From Thermoanaerobaculia bacterium (GTDB lineage: Bacteria; Acidobacteriota; Thermoanaerobaculia; Multivoradales; JAGPDF01), in the NCBI GenBank assembly GCA_963821905.1, contig CAWGFP010000003.1, positions 683 to 64,682 on the forward strand: a DNA stretch of 64,000 nucleotides. Reading direction: 5' to 3'. Of the stretch, positions 22,199 through 32,594 are shown piece by piece (position 1 is the first letter of the stretch; every line of letters begins with the position of its first letter). The notes under the pieces were generated by a model that searched no databases, had not been told where the DNA came from, and was given only the letters and a program-made list of their open reading frames with translations. The position numbers and the translations under genes were made by a program.

Positions 22199-23497
22199 CT
22201 ATTCGCCCGGCAGCGACCAGGCCGTGAGCGTCGACTGCTCGAGGTCGAGCGCCCGCTCGGCGCAGGCCGCGGTGTCGTCGCGTCCGGCCTCGATCACCGC
22301 GCGTAATTCGCGTTCCGCGTGCTCGAGATCGAACAGTGTCAACGCGAACCCTGCCGCCAGGGCCTGCTGGTGCACGCGCTCGTGGCCGAAGACCCAGTCG
22401 GCGACCACGATCTGCCGGGCGCGCTCGAGCTCCTCGTCCGAGGGCGGCTCGCGCCGCAGCCGCTCGAGCTCGCCGCAGCAGCTCCGCCTCGACGCGCGCC
22501 GGCTCGACGCCCGGCACCACCTCGCATGGCGACCACCATGGCGCTCGGCAGCTGGCTCTCGGGGAGATCCGCCGAGACCGGCGACGCAGAGCTGGCCCTC
22601 GTCGACCAGCGCGCGATGCAGCCGGCTGGCGCGGCCGCCGGCGAGAACCGTGACCAGCAGACGCTGCAGCGGATGGTCGGGATCGCTCGCGGCCGGCGAC
22701 GGCAGCACCATCAGCAGACCGCGGCACCTCGCCCTGGCGGCGTTCGAGCCGGGCGGGCGACGGCAGGCGCTGCGGCGGCGGCAGCGATGGACGCGGACAA
22801 CCGGCGCCCATCGGCACGGCACGAAGGCCGCCTCCACCTGCGTCCAGGGCGTCGGCGCCGATGTCGCCGGCGACCACCAGCACGGCGTTGTCGGGCCGGT
22901 AGTAGCGGCGGTGGAAGTCGCGCAGCGCCTCGGCACCGATGGCCATCAGGTCCGCGCGTGTGCCGAGCACCGGCCGGCCGTAAGGATGGCCGCCGAAGAA
23001 GTCGGCCAGCGCGGCGATCTCGAGCGCGTCCCAGGGATCGTCCTCGTACATCGCGATCTCTTCGAGGATCACCTGCCGCTCGCTCGCCACCTCGGCCGGG
23101 TCGAGCGAGCAGGCCGTCCATGCGGTCGGCCTCGATCGCCAGCGCCTCGGTCCAGCGGTCGGCGGCGAAGTTGAAGTAGTAGGCGGTCGCGTCGTGGCTG
23201 GTGAAGGCGTTGTTGGCGCCGCCCAGGGCCTGCGTGCGGCGGTCGATCTCGCCCGAGGCCGTAGCGCGGCGAGCCCTTGAACATCATGTGCTCGAGGAAG
23301 TGCGCGACGCCGCCGTGCCCGGCCGGCTCGTCGCGCGTGCCGACGCGATACCAGACCGCGCTGGTCACTACCGCCGACTGAGGGTTGCGCAGCAGGCAGA
23401 CGGTGAGACCGTTCTCCAGCCGGCTGACTTCGAGGGTTCCCGGCAGCCGCGGCACCGCCATGCGGGGCGCGACGGTCGAGACGGCGTTCCGACTCAA
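22199..23497 (-). CDS. M16 zinc peptidase, catalytic subunit (indels)
   Basis: LENGLTV, WYRVGTRDE, GVAHFLEHMMFKGS (HxxEH), NAFTSHDATAY, HPYGRPVLG. TTG start after GGAGGAG. Confidence 0.88.
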
Positions 23498-23510
23498 GGC
23501 TCCTCCGCGA

Positions 23511-25305
23511 TCAGCGTTTCTTGGGCGGAGCGAGATTGAGGACGATCGGCGTCGAGGGTCCACCCGGCTGGGCATGGATGAGGTAGGTCACCGTCTTGTC
23601 GGCGAGGATGCCGACCAGATAGTCACCCGGCTCGGGGTTCCACTTTCGCATGTCCTTCTTCCCCGACCACTCCTTGGCCTGTCCGAGCACGGTCCAGCGC
23701 GCGTCGCCGACCTCCTTGTAGCGGATCAGCGCGGTGTCGGGGACGATCTGGAATGCGATCGACAATCCCGTGGTGATCTCCTTGTCGAACGAGGGGAGTG
23801 GAACGGGCTCGGGCTCCGGTTCGGGCTCCGGTGGCGCTGCGGGCTGCACCGGAGGCGGCGCGGGCGGCGTGACCTGCGCCGGACGCTGCACCGGCGGGCG
23901 CTGCTGCACGGGCTCCTGGGCTTTCGGCTCGGGAACCGGCGGCGGTGCGGGCTTCGCCGGAGCCGGCTCGGGCGCCACCGCCACGGGTTTGGCAGGCGTC
24001 GGCTCGGGTTCCGCCGGCTTGTCTTCCGGCACTGAGGGTGTGGCCGGTGGCTGCGGCGCCGGATTGGTCTGCGCCGGGCGCTGCTGAGATGGCTCGACTG
24101 TCGAGGTCTGCACGTCCTTCTTGCCGATCTCCGGCGGCTTGGGTTTGAAAACCAGCTTGCCGAGCAGGAGATAGAGCCCGATCGCGCCGCCCACCACGAA
24201 AACTCCCACCAGGGCCAGCACGATCGGCAGCGCGCTGCGCTTGGCCGGTACGGGCGGAGCCTGCGCGGCCACCATCGGCTCGACCGCTCCCGTCGGCGGG
24301 CGTTGTTGTGCCCCCGCCGGTGGAGGCGCGAAGGCGGTCGGCGAGGAGCTGAGCGACGGGGACGGCGCCACGACCGGCGATTGGCCGCTGGCCGCCATCA
24401 TCCGGGTGCCTTGGATCTCCGAATCCGGGGCGAGGATGGCCTGCGCCAGCCGCTCCGGCCCGAGATCGCGCTCCAGGCCGGCGATCTCGGCGGCGACCGC
24501 GCCGGCGTTCGGGAAGCGCTGCTCGCGGTCCTTCGCCATCATGCGGCGCACCAGGCCGTCCAGGCGCGGGGCCAACTCGGCGCGCAGCTGCGGGATCGGC
24601 GGCGGCTCCTGGTGCAGGATCTGGTAGACCAGTGTGGTCAGGCTTTCGCCCTGGAACGGACGCCGGTGGCCGAGCAGCTCGTAGAGCACCACGCCGAGCG
24701 AGAAGACGTCGGTGCGGCCGTCCAGCTCCTCGCCGCGCACCTGCTCGGGCGACAGGTAGTGCGGGCTGCCGACCACCGAGCCGGTCATCGTCAGCTCGGT
24801 CGCCTGCCCCACCACCTTGGCGATGCCGAAGTCCGCGACCTTCACCCGGCCGTGCGGTGTCGAGCAGGATGTTCGCCGGCTTGATGTCGCGATGCACGAT
24901 GCCCTGCCGGTGGGCGAAATCCAGCGCGTCGGCCGACTCGCGCACGATGCGCAGCACTTCGCCGAGGGTCAGCGGCGGCGCGGCTTGCATGCGGTGCGCG
25001 AGATCCGAGCCGCCGACGAACTCGAAGGCCAGATAGAGCACGCCCTCGGCTTCGCCGGCGTCGAACAGCGTGACCACGTGCGGGTGGATCAGCTTGCCCG
25101 CCGCCTTGGCTTCGCGCAGCAGCCGCCGCTTGCGGTCCTCCACGTCCTCCGGCTTGCCCTCCGCCACGCGTACCGTCTTGATCGCCAGCTGGCGCTCGAT
25201 CTGGGGGTCCTCGGCCAGGTAGACGTCGCCCATGGCGCCCGAACCCAGCAGGCGAACGATCCGGTAGCGACCGAGGACGGCGCCGAGGGGCAGCGTCCCG
25301 GTCAT
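23511..25305 (-). CDS. Hanks-type Ser/Thr kinase with TM helix, Pro-rich linker and C-terminal extracytoplasmic domain (frameshift ~24850)
   Basis: LGSGAMGDVY, AIK, HRDIKPANIL, KVADFGIAK, GSPHYLSPEQ, DGRTDVFSLG. Confidence 0.92.
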
Positions 25306-25601
25306 GCCCGCTCTTCCTCGCGCTGCTCTTCGGTATCCTCTTCCGCGGCCTCGGAGCCTGCTTCGCCGTGGATCAGCCCGAACCGCAAGCGCCGCTGAGA
25401 GAGTAACTTACGGGCTTCTCCGGTTTGTGACGCAGGAACCAGCACGCGCACTTCCCCGAGCCTGCCGAAGGTCACCGGCTCGGCATGGAAGACCAGCGAC
25501 TCGAGATTGACGTCCATTCCCCGGCTGCGCAGGAAGCCGGCGATGAGCACCGCCTCCTCTTCCGTGCCGACCACGTCGCAGACTTCCCAGGCCTCGCTCA
25601 T
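25302..25601 (-). CDS. DUF2007-like putative signal-transducing protein
   Basis: EAVLIAGFLRSRGM..GEVRVLVP..EARKLL; stop overlaps the kinase ATG. Confidence 0.7.
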   Translation of the reverse strand: MSEAWEVCDVVGTEEEAVLIAGFLRSRGMDVNLESLVFHAEPVTFGRLGEVRVLVPASQTGEARKLLSQRRLRFGLIHGEAGSEAAEEDTEEQREEERA

Positions 25602-25624
25602 CCGGGCCGAATGATAACCGAGGA

Positions 25625-25684
25625 TCACTTGGCAGGCGGGTAGATCTCCTTCCAGTCCTTCTTCAGGTCGACCACCGTCCAGTA
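25625..25684 (-). pseudogene. 3' remnant of a HAD-like hydrolase gene
   Basis: Reads YWTVVDLKKDWKEIYPPAK*, matching the C-terminal WxVVxMKxDW pattern I recall for that family. No upstream coding region remains. Confidence 0.5.
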
Positions 25685-25708
25685 CAAGGGATACCTACGA
25701 CTTTGGTC

Positions 25709-26554
25709 CTACGCTTCGCGAAGCCCCTCGAGCGTGTACGGCCGCCGCTCTTGCCGCGGATAGAGATGCCGGCTGTGCTCGGCGTAGCGCCCGAGCGCGG
25801 GCTCCCAGCGCAGGTGGGAGACCTGGATGGTCTCGCCGCGGATCTCGATCCAGTTGCAGGTGTTCTTTTCGCGCTCGCTGCCGCGACCGCGGCTCGAGGT
25901 GGTGGTGCCGGAGTGGAGGATCACCACCGGCGGACGGCCCTTGGGATAGAACTCCTCCGAGTTGCCGATATAGGCCTGGTGCAGATGGCCCGAGAGCACC
26001 AGATCGACCCCGGCTTGCGAGAAGAGATCGATCGCCTCGTAGGCGTTGCCGAGCACGTGCTGGGTGCCGAAGTTCGGCGGCGGGATCAGATGATGGTGGG
26101 CGACCACCACTTTGGACACCGACTCAGGCGTCTCATCGAGAATCTTGGCGACCTCGAGCAGACGGCGCAGCTTGATGCGGCCTTCCTTCAGAGTCCAGTT
26201 GAAAGCGGTGTTGATTCCCACCACCAGCAGCCCGTCGTCGCGGAACACCGGCTCGAGCTCGTTCGCGAAGTGACGCCGGTAGGCGCCGAACGGCGCGAAG
26301 ACCCGCTCCCAGACCCGGTACATCGGCACGTCGTGATTGCCCGGCACGACCAGCGCCGGCACCAGCGCGGTGATCGCGTCGACGAAGGCCCGCGCCTGGC
26401 GAAACTGCGCCGGCTTGGCGCGCTGCGTGAGATCGCCGGAGATCACCACCAGGGTGGGCAAGCGTTCGGCGACCATCGCCAAGACTGCCTGCGACAGCTC
26501 GGCGCGGTGCGGCGGGCCGAAGTGGACGTCCGAAATGTGAAGGATGGAGCGCAT
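25709..26554 (-). CDS. Metallophosphoesterase (Icc/CpdA-like)
   Basis: HISDVHFG, SGDLTQ, PGNHD, HHH, LSGHLH. Confidence 0.9.
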   Translation of the reverse strand: MRSILHISDVHFGPPHRAELSQAVLAMVAERLPTLVVISGDLTQRAKPAQFRQARAFVDAITALVPALVVPGNHDVPMYRVWERVFAPFGAYRRHFANELEPVFRDDGLLVVGINTAFNWTLKEGRIKLRRLLEVAKILDETPESVSKVVVAHHHLIPPPNFGTQHVLGNAYEAIDLFSQAGVDLVLSGHLHQAYIGNSEEFYPKGRPPVVILHSGTTTSSRGRGSEREKNTCNWIEIRGETIQVSHLRWEPALGRYAEHSRHLYPRQERRPYTLEGLREA

Positions 26555-26619
26555 GAATCAGACGAGTGAGCCGCCACCGCCTCGGCTGCGCTCGGGACGA
26601 GGAGGCGGCACGAGCGAGG

Positions 26620-26961
26620 TCACTCTTCTTCGAACAGGTCCTCGCCGAGGATGTCGTTGGCGGCTTTGGTCACGTTGGAGGCTGCGAAGGCGGTGAGCGC
26701 GCCGAGGATACGCGGGCCGCGGCTGCGGCCCAGCCAGTAGCCACCGATCGCGGCGACCGCGAGCGCCGGCAGCGGATAGTCGCGCACCAGCCGCCGCCAA
26801 TCCAGGTTCGCCGGCAGCAGCGTGTCGAGCAGCTCGTTGGCCGCCGAGGGTGGGTCTTGATCGTCCTCGGCCAGCGCGCCTCGCAGGTCGTCGTCGAAGG
26901 CCACCGACCGCCGACGGGGAGGCGCCCAGTCGGCGGCGGGATTCGCACGCTTGCCGGGCAA
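26620..26961 (-). CDS. Hypothetical protein with DUF883-like C-terminal anchor
   Basis: LVRDYPLPALAVAAIGGYWLGR; co-oriented directly after the DUF883 gene. Confidence 0.6.
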   Translation of the reverse strand: MPGKRANPAADWAPPRRRSVAFDDDLRGALAEDDQDPPSAANELLDTLLPANLDWRRLVRDYPLPALAVAAIGGYWLGRSRGPRILGALTAFAASNVTKAANDILGEDLFEEE

Positions 26962-26965
26962 GCGC

Positions 26966-27310
26966 TCAGTCCTCGCGGCCGCGGCGCAGCAAGAGGCCGA
27001 TCACGAAGCCGACACCGGCCGCCATGAGCAGCGACTTGCCGGGATTCTCGCGCACGTAATCGGTGACGTCGGAAGACAGCTTGTCGACGTCCTTGCGCAC
27101 CTTGGCGTAGCCGCGGCGAACGCTCTCGGCGGCCTCGTCGTACTTGGCGCTCGCCGCGCGGCGCGCGTTGCGGTAGCGGCTGTCCATCGACTCGGCGGCG
27201 TCGTCGAAAGCCTCGCGCGCCGAATCCAGTCCGCTGTCGATGGTGTCCTTGGTCCTGTCCACGGTTTCCGAGACGAATTCTTTGGCTCGATCCACAGTTC
27301 GCTCCGCCAT
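26966..27310 (-). CDS. DUF883/ElaB/YqjD-family protein
   Basis: Helical repeats then YVRENPGKSLLMAAGVGFVIGLLLRR; AAGGAGG RBS. Confidence 0.85.
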   Translation of the reverse strand: MAERTVDRAKEFVSETVDRTKDTIDSGLDSAREAFDDAAESMDSRYRNARRAASAKYDEAAESVRRGYAKVRKDVDKLSSDVTDYVRENPGKSLLMAAGVGFVIGLLLRRGRED

Positions 27311-27337
27311 GACATGCCTCCTTCGCAGCCATGGCGA

Positions 27338-27977
27338 TCATATACCCGGTGGCCGGCGAGGCTTCGGGCCGCGGCCGCGGCTCGGCTTGGCTGGAGACGC
27401 GGCCCGGCGGTTCTGGCTCCTGCGCCGAGTCCTCGGCAAAGGCCGCCGTTCTATCCGGCTCAAGAACTCGGCGAAGCGGTCGGAGTGGCCCTCGTCGGCG
27501 CTCCAGCGCCGGACCAGTTCCAAGTCGATGTCGTTCGTAGCGGCGATCGCGACCGCTACCTCCAGGCTTTGACGATCGCTCCAGTGGTAGAACGCCGCGA
27601 GACGATCGCGGCAGGAGTCGGTGGCGGAAAGCGCCGGCACACCTCTCTTACCCGGACCCAGGCGGATGGGCTGCAGATCGAGATCGGCACCAACGGCCAG
27701 GGGTCCACGCGGGGAACTCCACCCAGAAACGAGAATGCGGATGAACATAGCGGTTCGTCAGGCGCACGAAGCCGAGCCCACTCATCGCTTCGTCCAAGTC
27801 AGCAGGCAGCACGCGGCCCTCGAGCACGAAGTCGACGTCCTCCGACACGAATCTGCCGTCCGAATGGATGCTGGCGCAGGCTCCACCCGTCAGCACCGCG
27901 CGGATGCCGTGGGCGCCCAAGGCGCGTCCGACAGCCAACGCCACGGTGCGCAGCGACGATCGCCGCGTCAGCTTCAC
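27338..27977 (-). CDS. Putative nucleotidyltransferase-fold protein (single indel in C-run ~27712)
   Basis: AVLTGGACASIHS..SEDVDFV, FWVEFP(R)GPL, DSCRDRLAAFYHW..W..EG. GTG overlaps the upstream stop. Confidence 0.65.
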
Positions 27978-28309
27978 AGCGGCTTGCCGGCCTGCCGCGG
28001 CCGCCGTCGCAGCTTCTTGACCGCGTCCTGCAGCTCGCGGTCCGCCTCGGCGAGGCGCGCCAGGTAGGTCTTGAGCTCCCGGCGAGCGAAGTAAGCCGGA
28101 TTGAGCTGGACGATCCGCGTCCGTCCGACCAGACGGCCGCTCACCAACCCGTCGCGCTCGAGCCCGAGGAGGGCCATGCGCACGCCCGATATCGGGGCCT
28201 CCAGCAGGCGGGAGAGCTCGCGCGGATAGCTGGTCTCCAACTGGCCGAGGGCGACCAGCAACCGGGTCCGGGTCAAACCCCCGAAGGGGCTGGATTGGTT
28301 GAGCCTCAT
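27974..28309 (-). CDS. Winged-helix DNA-binding protein (putative antitoxin/autorepressor)
   Basis: FGGLTRTRLL..YPRELSRLL..ISGVRMALLGLERDGLVSGRLVGRTR, an ArsR/MarR-like wHTH. Confidence 0.75.
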   Translation of the reverse strand: MRLNQSSPFGGLTRTRLLVALGQLETSYPRELSRLLEAPISGVRMALLGLERDGLVSGRLVGRTRIVQLNPAYFARRELKTYLARLAEADRELQDAVKKLRRRPRQAGKPL

Positions 28310-28311
28310 AT

Positions 28312-28346
28312 GTGCTCATGTGAGCACTTATAGTGCTCATTGTCAA
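28312..28346 (-). promoter_or_regulatory. Triple operator (TGAGCAC/GTGCTCA) next to a TTGACA -35 element
   Basis: GTGCTCA-tg-TGAGCAC-ttata-GTGCTCA between the HTH ATG (28309) and TTGACA (minus, 28341-28346). Confidence 0.75.
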
Positions 28347-28436
28347 GCCGCGCTCTGGGCGCCGGCGGCACCGGCGCCGCCCACTCGCGGCGGCCAGCCG
28401 GACACACTCCGGGTGATACACTCGCGGCCCCCGCAC

Positions 28437-29832
28437 ATGGCAGACATCCGATTCATCGGCGCGTGCGGCACCGTCACCGGCAGCTCGACGCTCGCCGAAT
28501 GGAGCCAGCGGCGGATCCTGGTCGACTGCGGACTCTTCCAGGGCGGCGAGGCGGCCGAGCAGAGGAATCGCGAGCCGTTCCCGTACGACCCGCGGGCCAT
28601 CGACGCGCTGGTTCTCACCCACGCCCACCTCGACCACACCGGGCTGATTCCCCGCTTGGTGGGCGGCGGCTTCAAGGGACCCATCTACTGCACGAAATCG
28701 AGCCGGGCGCTGATATCCCTGGTGCTCGAGGACTCGGCCAAGCTGCAGGAAGAAGAAGCCCGTTACGCGCGCAAGCGTGGCTATTCGCGGCACCCCGATC
28801 CGCAGCCGCTCTACACCGCCGCCGACGCGCGACGGGCGATCGAGCTTCTCCAGACGCAGCGCTTCGACGACGAGCGCGAGATCTTTCCGGGGATCCGGCT
28901 GCGCTTTCGCCGCGCCGGCCACCTGCTGGGCGCGGCGTCCGTCGAGCTCACCGCCAAGGGCGGCGACGGGGACAGCTCGTACCTGGTGTTTTTCGGGCGA
29001 CATCGGACGTTACGACGCGCCGATCCTTCACGATCCACAGCCGCCGCTCGCCGCCCCCTCGGCGCTGGTGCTCGAATCCACCTACGGCGATCGCCTCCAC
29101 GCCACCGCCGATCCCGAAGCGGAGCTGCGAGCGGCCATCGAGACCACCTTCGGGCGCGGCGGCCTGATGGTGATCCCCGCATTCGCGCTCGGCCGCACCC
29201 AGGACGTCCTCTACCACCTCTCGTCGCTTTGCGAGAAAGGCGTGCTGGATCCGGAGCAGGTCTGGCTCGACAGCCCGATGGCCCTTTCGGCCACGGATCT
29301 GTACCAGCGGTCCGAAAGCGAGCACGACGCCGAGCACGAGGCGATGGTGCGCCGCGGCGTCGATCCGCTGGCCGTCGACCGCTTCCGCCGCGCCCACACG
29401 CGGGAAGAGTCGAAGGCGCTCAACCGCCAGGAGGGCTCGAAGATCATCATCTCCGCGAGCGGCATGGCGGAGGGCGGCAGGGTGGTGCACCACCTGCTCC
29501 ACCATCTCGGCGACGCGCGCAACTCGGTGGTCTTCGTGGGTTACCAGGCGGCCGGCACGCGCGGCCGGGCGCTGGTCGACGGCGCCGACACCGTCGGGCT
29601 GCTCGGCGAGCGGGTCACCGTGCGGGCCGAGGTCAAGCTGATCTCCAGTCTCTCCGCCCACGCCGACCGCGGCGAGCTCCTGCGCTGGTGTCAGGCGCTG
29701 CCAGCGCCGCCCGAGCGCATCTTCCTGAACCACGGCGAAGACCCGGCGCGCAAGGCGCTGCAGGCCCTGCTCGCCGAGGCCGGCCTGCCGCGTCCGGCGC
29801 TGCCGCTGGCGGGAGAGTCCGTGCCGTGGTGA
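28437..29832 (+). CDS. MBL-fold/beta-CASP ribonuclease family protein (frameshift ~28980)
   Basis: GTVTGS, VDCGLFQG, LTHAHLDHTG, AGHLLGA, SGDIG, ESTYGDR, PAFALGRTQ, SASGM, SAHAD, NHGE. Confidence 0.92.
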
Positions 29833-30743
29833 CCGACCCACCGCCGCCATCGCGGTGGCGGCGCGTCGCGCAGTTCGTCCGCTTCATCCTGGTCAAGGCT
29901 TGGCGCGACACATTGGCAGTCGAGGCGTCAGCTCTCGCCTACACCACCTTGCTGTCGTTCGTGCCGCTGCTCGCCGCCTTCCTCTTCGTCGGCGAGCAGG
30001 TGTTCCAGGAGTACCCGTTACAGATCCTGAGCGTGCTCAGCCACGTGCTGCCTTACTCGGAGGCGGCGATCCTGGGCGCGATCCACGACTTCCTCGAGCA
30101 GGCGCACCTCATTCGCGGCCCGGCGCTGCTCGGTTTCCTGGGCATCGCCCTCTTCGCTGTGGCGGAGGTCGAGAAAACGCTGAACCGCATCTGGCAGGTG
30201 CCGACCGGCGGGCGCTGGGGCCGGCGGCTGCTCACCAGGGTGGGACTTTTCGTCTTCGTGCCGCTCCTGCTCGGCAGCCTGGTGTCGCTGCTCTTGCTGA
30301 TGCGCCAGCAGGGGCGGTTGCAGGAATCGGCTTGGGGTCAGATCCTTCCCTACGCCGCCACCGCTGCCACGCTGACTCTGCTCTACTGGCTGGTGCCGCA
30401 CACCCGGGTCCGTCTCAGCGCGGCGATCGCCGGCAGCCTGCCCACGGCCCTCGCCTTCGAGCTGCTGCGCTGGTTCTTCCGCCTCTACCTCGAGGCCTTC
30501 CCGGCCATGAGCCTGGTCTACGGCGGCTTCGCGCTCGCCATCTTGTTCATGGTTTCAGTTCAGGTATCCTGGTTGCTGGTTCTGCTGGGCGCCGAGGTCG
30601 CCTACGCCGTGCAACACTTCCCCCAGATCGAAGCCGCCGCCGCTCTTCCCGCGCCGCCCCCCAACACGGCTGGGAGCACCCCCAATAAAGCTGGGGGCAC
30701 AGCAGCGCCCGCCGACGAGATCAAGCCCGAGGCCGAGACATGA
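29829..30743 (+). CDS. YihY/BrkB-family membrane protein
   Basis: ASALAYTTLLSFVPLLA, EKTLNRIWQV, YWLVP, YGGFA, LLGAEVAY. Confidence 0.88.
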   Translation: MTDPPPPSRWRRVAQFVRFILVKAWRDTLAVEASALAYTTLLSFVPLLAAFLFVGEQVFQEYPLQILSVLSHVLPYSEAAILGAIHDFLEQAHLIRGPALLGFLGIALFAVAEVEKTLNRIWQVPTGGRWGRRLLTRVGLFVFVPLLLGSLVSLLLLMRQQGRLQESAWGQILPYAATAATLTLLYWLVPHTRVRLSAAIAGSLPTALAFELLRWFFRLYLEAFPAMSLVYGGFALAILFMVSVQVSWLLVLLGAEVAYAVQHFPQIEAAAALPAPPPNTAGSTPNKAGGTAAPADEIKPEAET

Positions 30744-31015
30744 TCCGCGCCTACCGGGTGCACGGACTGCGCTGCGCCCATTGCGTAGAGATTCTGCAGC
30801 GCGACTTGAGCCGCATCCCCGGCGTGCGGCGGGTGACCGTGGTGCCGTCCGAGCAGCGCCTGTCGGTCGACTACAACCCGTATTTCGCCAAGCCCACCAT
30901 GCTGGTCGCCGCGATGCGCGACGCCGGCTTCCACCCCGCCGAGTTGCCGGTGCGCGAAGAGAGCCTCGACGAGTGGATGCGTGCGTTCGCTGTCCCGAGA
31001 GAGCAGGGCCCGTGA
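30740..31015 (+). CDS. Heavy-metal-associated (HMA) domain protein
   Basis: VHGLRCAHC..L..IPGV..V.V; ATGA overlap. Confidence 0.8.
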   Translation: MIRAYRVHGLRCAHCVEILQRDLSRIPGVRRVTVVPSEQRLSVDYNPYFAKPTMLVAAMRDAGFHPAELPVREESLDEWMRAFAVPREQGP

Positions 31016-31389
31016 GCCGCTTCTTCAACTGTTCGAACTGTCCCGCCCACTGCTGCAGTTACGAGCACATCGAAGTCAACGAGCGCGACATGAAGCGCCT
31101 GGCGCAGCATTTCGGCCTCGAAATCGAGGTTGCTCGGCGCCGCTTCACCAAGGGCGCCGAACGAGCGGGCCGCGAAGTCCGGATCATGCGGCACCAGAAG
31201 GACCCCGTCTTCGGCTCGGCCTGCCGCTTCCTCGACCTCGAGACCCGGCAGTGCACCATTTACGAGTCGCGCCCAGAGGTCTGCAAGGCGTATCCGGGTT
31301 TGCCGCGCTGCGGCTTCTACGATTTCCTCATGGCCGAGCGCAAATCGCAGGGCGATCCCGAGCACGTGCCCGATTTCACCCGCGGCTGA
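31012..31389 (+). CDS. YkgJ-family CxxCxxCC cysteine-cluster protein
   Basis: CSNCPAHCC, CRFLD...CTIYESRPEVCKAYP. Confidence 0.85.
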   Translation: MSRFFNCSNCPAHCCSYEHIEVNERDMKRLAQHFGLEIEVARRRFTKGAERAGREVRIMRHQKDPVFGSACRFLDLETRQCTIYESRPEVCKAYPGLPRCGFYDFLMAERKSQGDPEHVPDFTRG

Positions 31390-31486
31390 TTGCAACTCGG
31401 GATCTCCGGTCGACGGAGAGGGACCGGCCGCGGCAACCCGGCCTCGAGCCGCACGTACACAGAGGGAACCAGGAGGAGGAGGAACC

Positions 31487-32536
31487 ATGCCCACGACTCG
31501 TCTCGTTTCGTTGGCGCTCGGCGCCGCCGTGCTCAGCGCGGCAGCCGCGAGCGCTCAAGCCCCACCGCTCAACTTGCCGCAGCCGAGCCCGGCTGCCTCG
31601 GTGACCCAGACCGTCGGAATCACCGAGATCGCCATCCACTATCACCGCCCGCTGGTGAAGGGCCGCGCCGTGTGGGGCGACCTCGTGCCCTACGGCCAGG
31701 TCTGGCGCGCCGGCGCCAACGAGAACACCACGATCTCGTTCTCGACCCCGGTCTCGATCGGCGGCCGCGAGCTTCCCGCCGGCACCTACGGGTTGCACAC
31801 GCTGCCGACCGCCTCGGACTGGACGCTGATCCTGTCCAAGAACAGCAGCAACTGGGGCAGCTTCCGTTACGAAGAGAAGGACGACGCCCTGCGGGTTGCG
31901 GTGAAGCCCGAGCCCGGGCCGATGACCGAGGCGCTGACTTACACCTTCGAAGAACCGACCGACAACCGTGTCCGGGTGGTCCTGTCCTGGGAGAAGCTGC
32001 GGGTGCCGTTCCAGGTCGACGTGGCGACCAACGACGTGGTGATCGCCAGCCTGGAGCGCGAGCTCTACGGGCTCGGGCAGTTCTTCTGGCAGCCCTGGAA
32101 CGACGCCGCCAACTGGGCGCTGGCGCACGACACCCATCTCGACAAGGCGGGGGAATGGATCGAGCGCTCGCGCGGCATCAACCAGAACTTCGCCAACACC
32201 CGCACCAAGGCGCGGCTGCTCGCCAAGTCCGGCGACACCGCCGGCGCCGAGGCGCTGATGGCCAAGGCCCTGCCGACCGCGACCGAGGCGGAGATGAACG
32301 CCTACGGCTATCAGTTGCTGGGTGAGAAGAAGACCGCCGAGGCGGTGGCGATCTTCAAGGGCAACGCCACCAAGCACCCCGGGTCGTGGAACGTCCACGA
32401 CAGCCTGGGCGAAGGGCTCGAAGCCGCCGGCAAGAAGACGGAGGCGGTCGCCTCCTACAGGAAGGCTCTGAGCATGGCGCCGCCGGAGCAAAAAGGCCGC
32501 ATCCAAGGCATCATCGACAGGCTGTCGAAGACCTGA
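31487..32536 (+). CDS. DUF2911-domain secreted protein with C-terminal TPR
   Basis: PSPAASVTQTVG, YHRP.VKGR.VWG.LVPYGQVWRAGANE; strong RBS. Confidence 0.88.
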   Translation: MPTTRLVSLALGAAVLSAAAASAQAPPLNLPQPSPAASVTQTVGITEIAIHYHRPLVKGRAVWGDLVPYGQVWRAGANENTTISFSTPVSIGGRELPAGTYGLHTLPTASDWTLILSKNSSNWGSFRYEEKDDALRVAVKPEPGPMTEALTYTFEEPTDNRVRVVLSWEKLRVPFQVDVATNDVVIASLERELYGLGQFFWQPWNDAANWALAHDTHLDKAGEWIERSRGINQNFANTRTKARLLAKSGDTAGAEALMAKALPTATEAEMNAYGYQLLGEKKTAEAVAIFKGNATKHPGSWNVHDSLGEGLEAAGKKTEAVASYRKALSMAPPEQKGRIQGIIDRLSKT

Positions 32537-32544
32537 AAAGCACA

Positions 32545-32576
32545 GCGCCCACCTCGCCGCAGGGCGGGGTGGGCGC
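32545..32576. terminator. Hairpin between convergent genes
   Basis: GCGCCCACCTCGCC-GCAG-GGCGGGGTGGGCGC. Confidence 0.6.
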
Positions 32577-32594
32577 AATGTCACGTCGAGAGGA

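Noticed and set aside
28299-30743. Apparent MBL-YihY fusion (814 aa)
   Set aside because: Caused by the frameshift near 28980. The RNase ends at 29832 and YihY starts at 29829.
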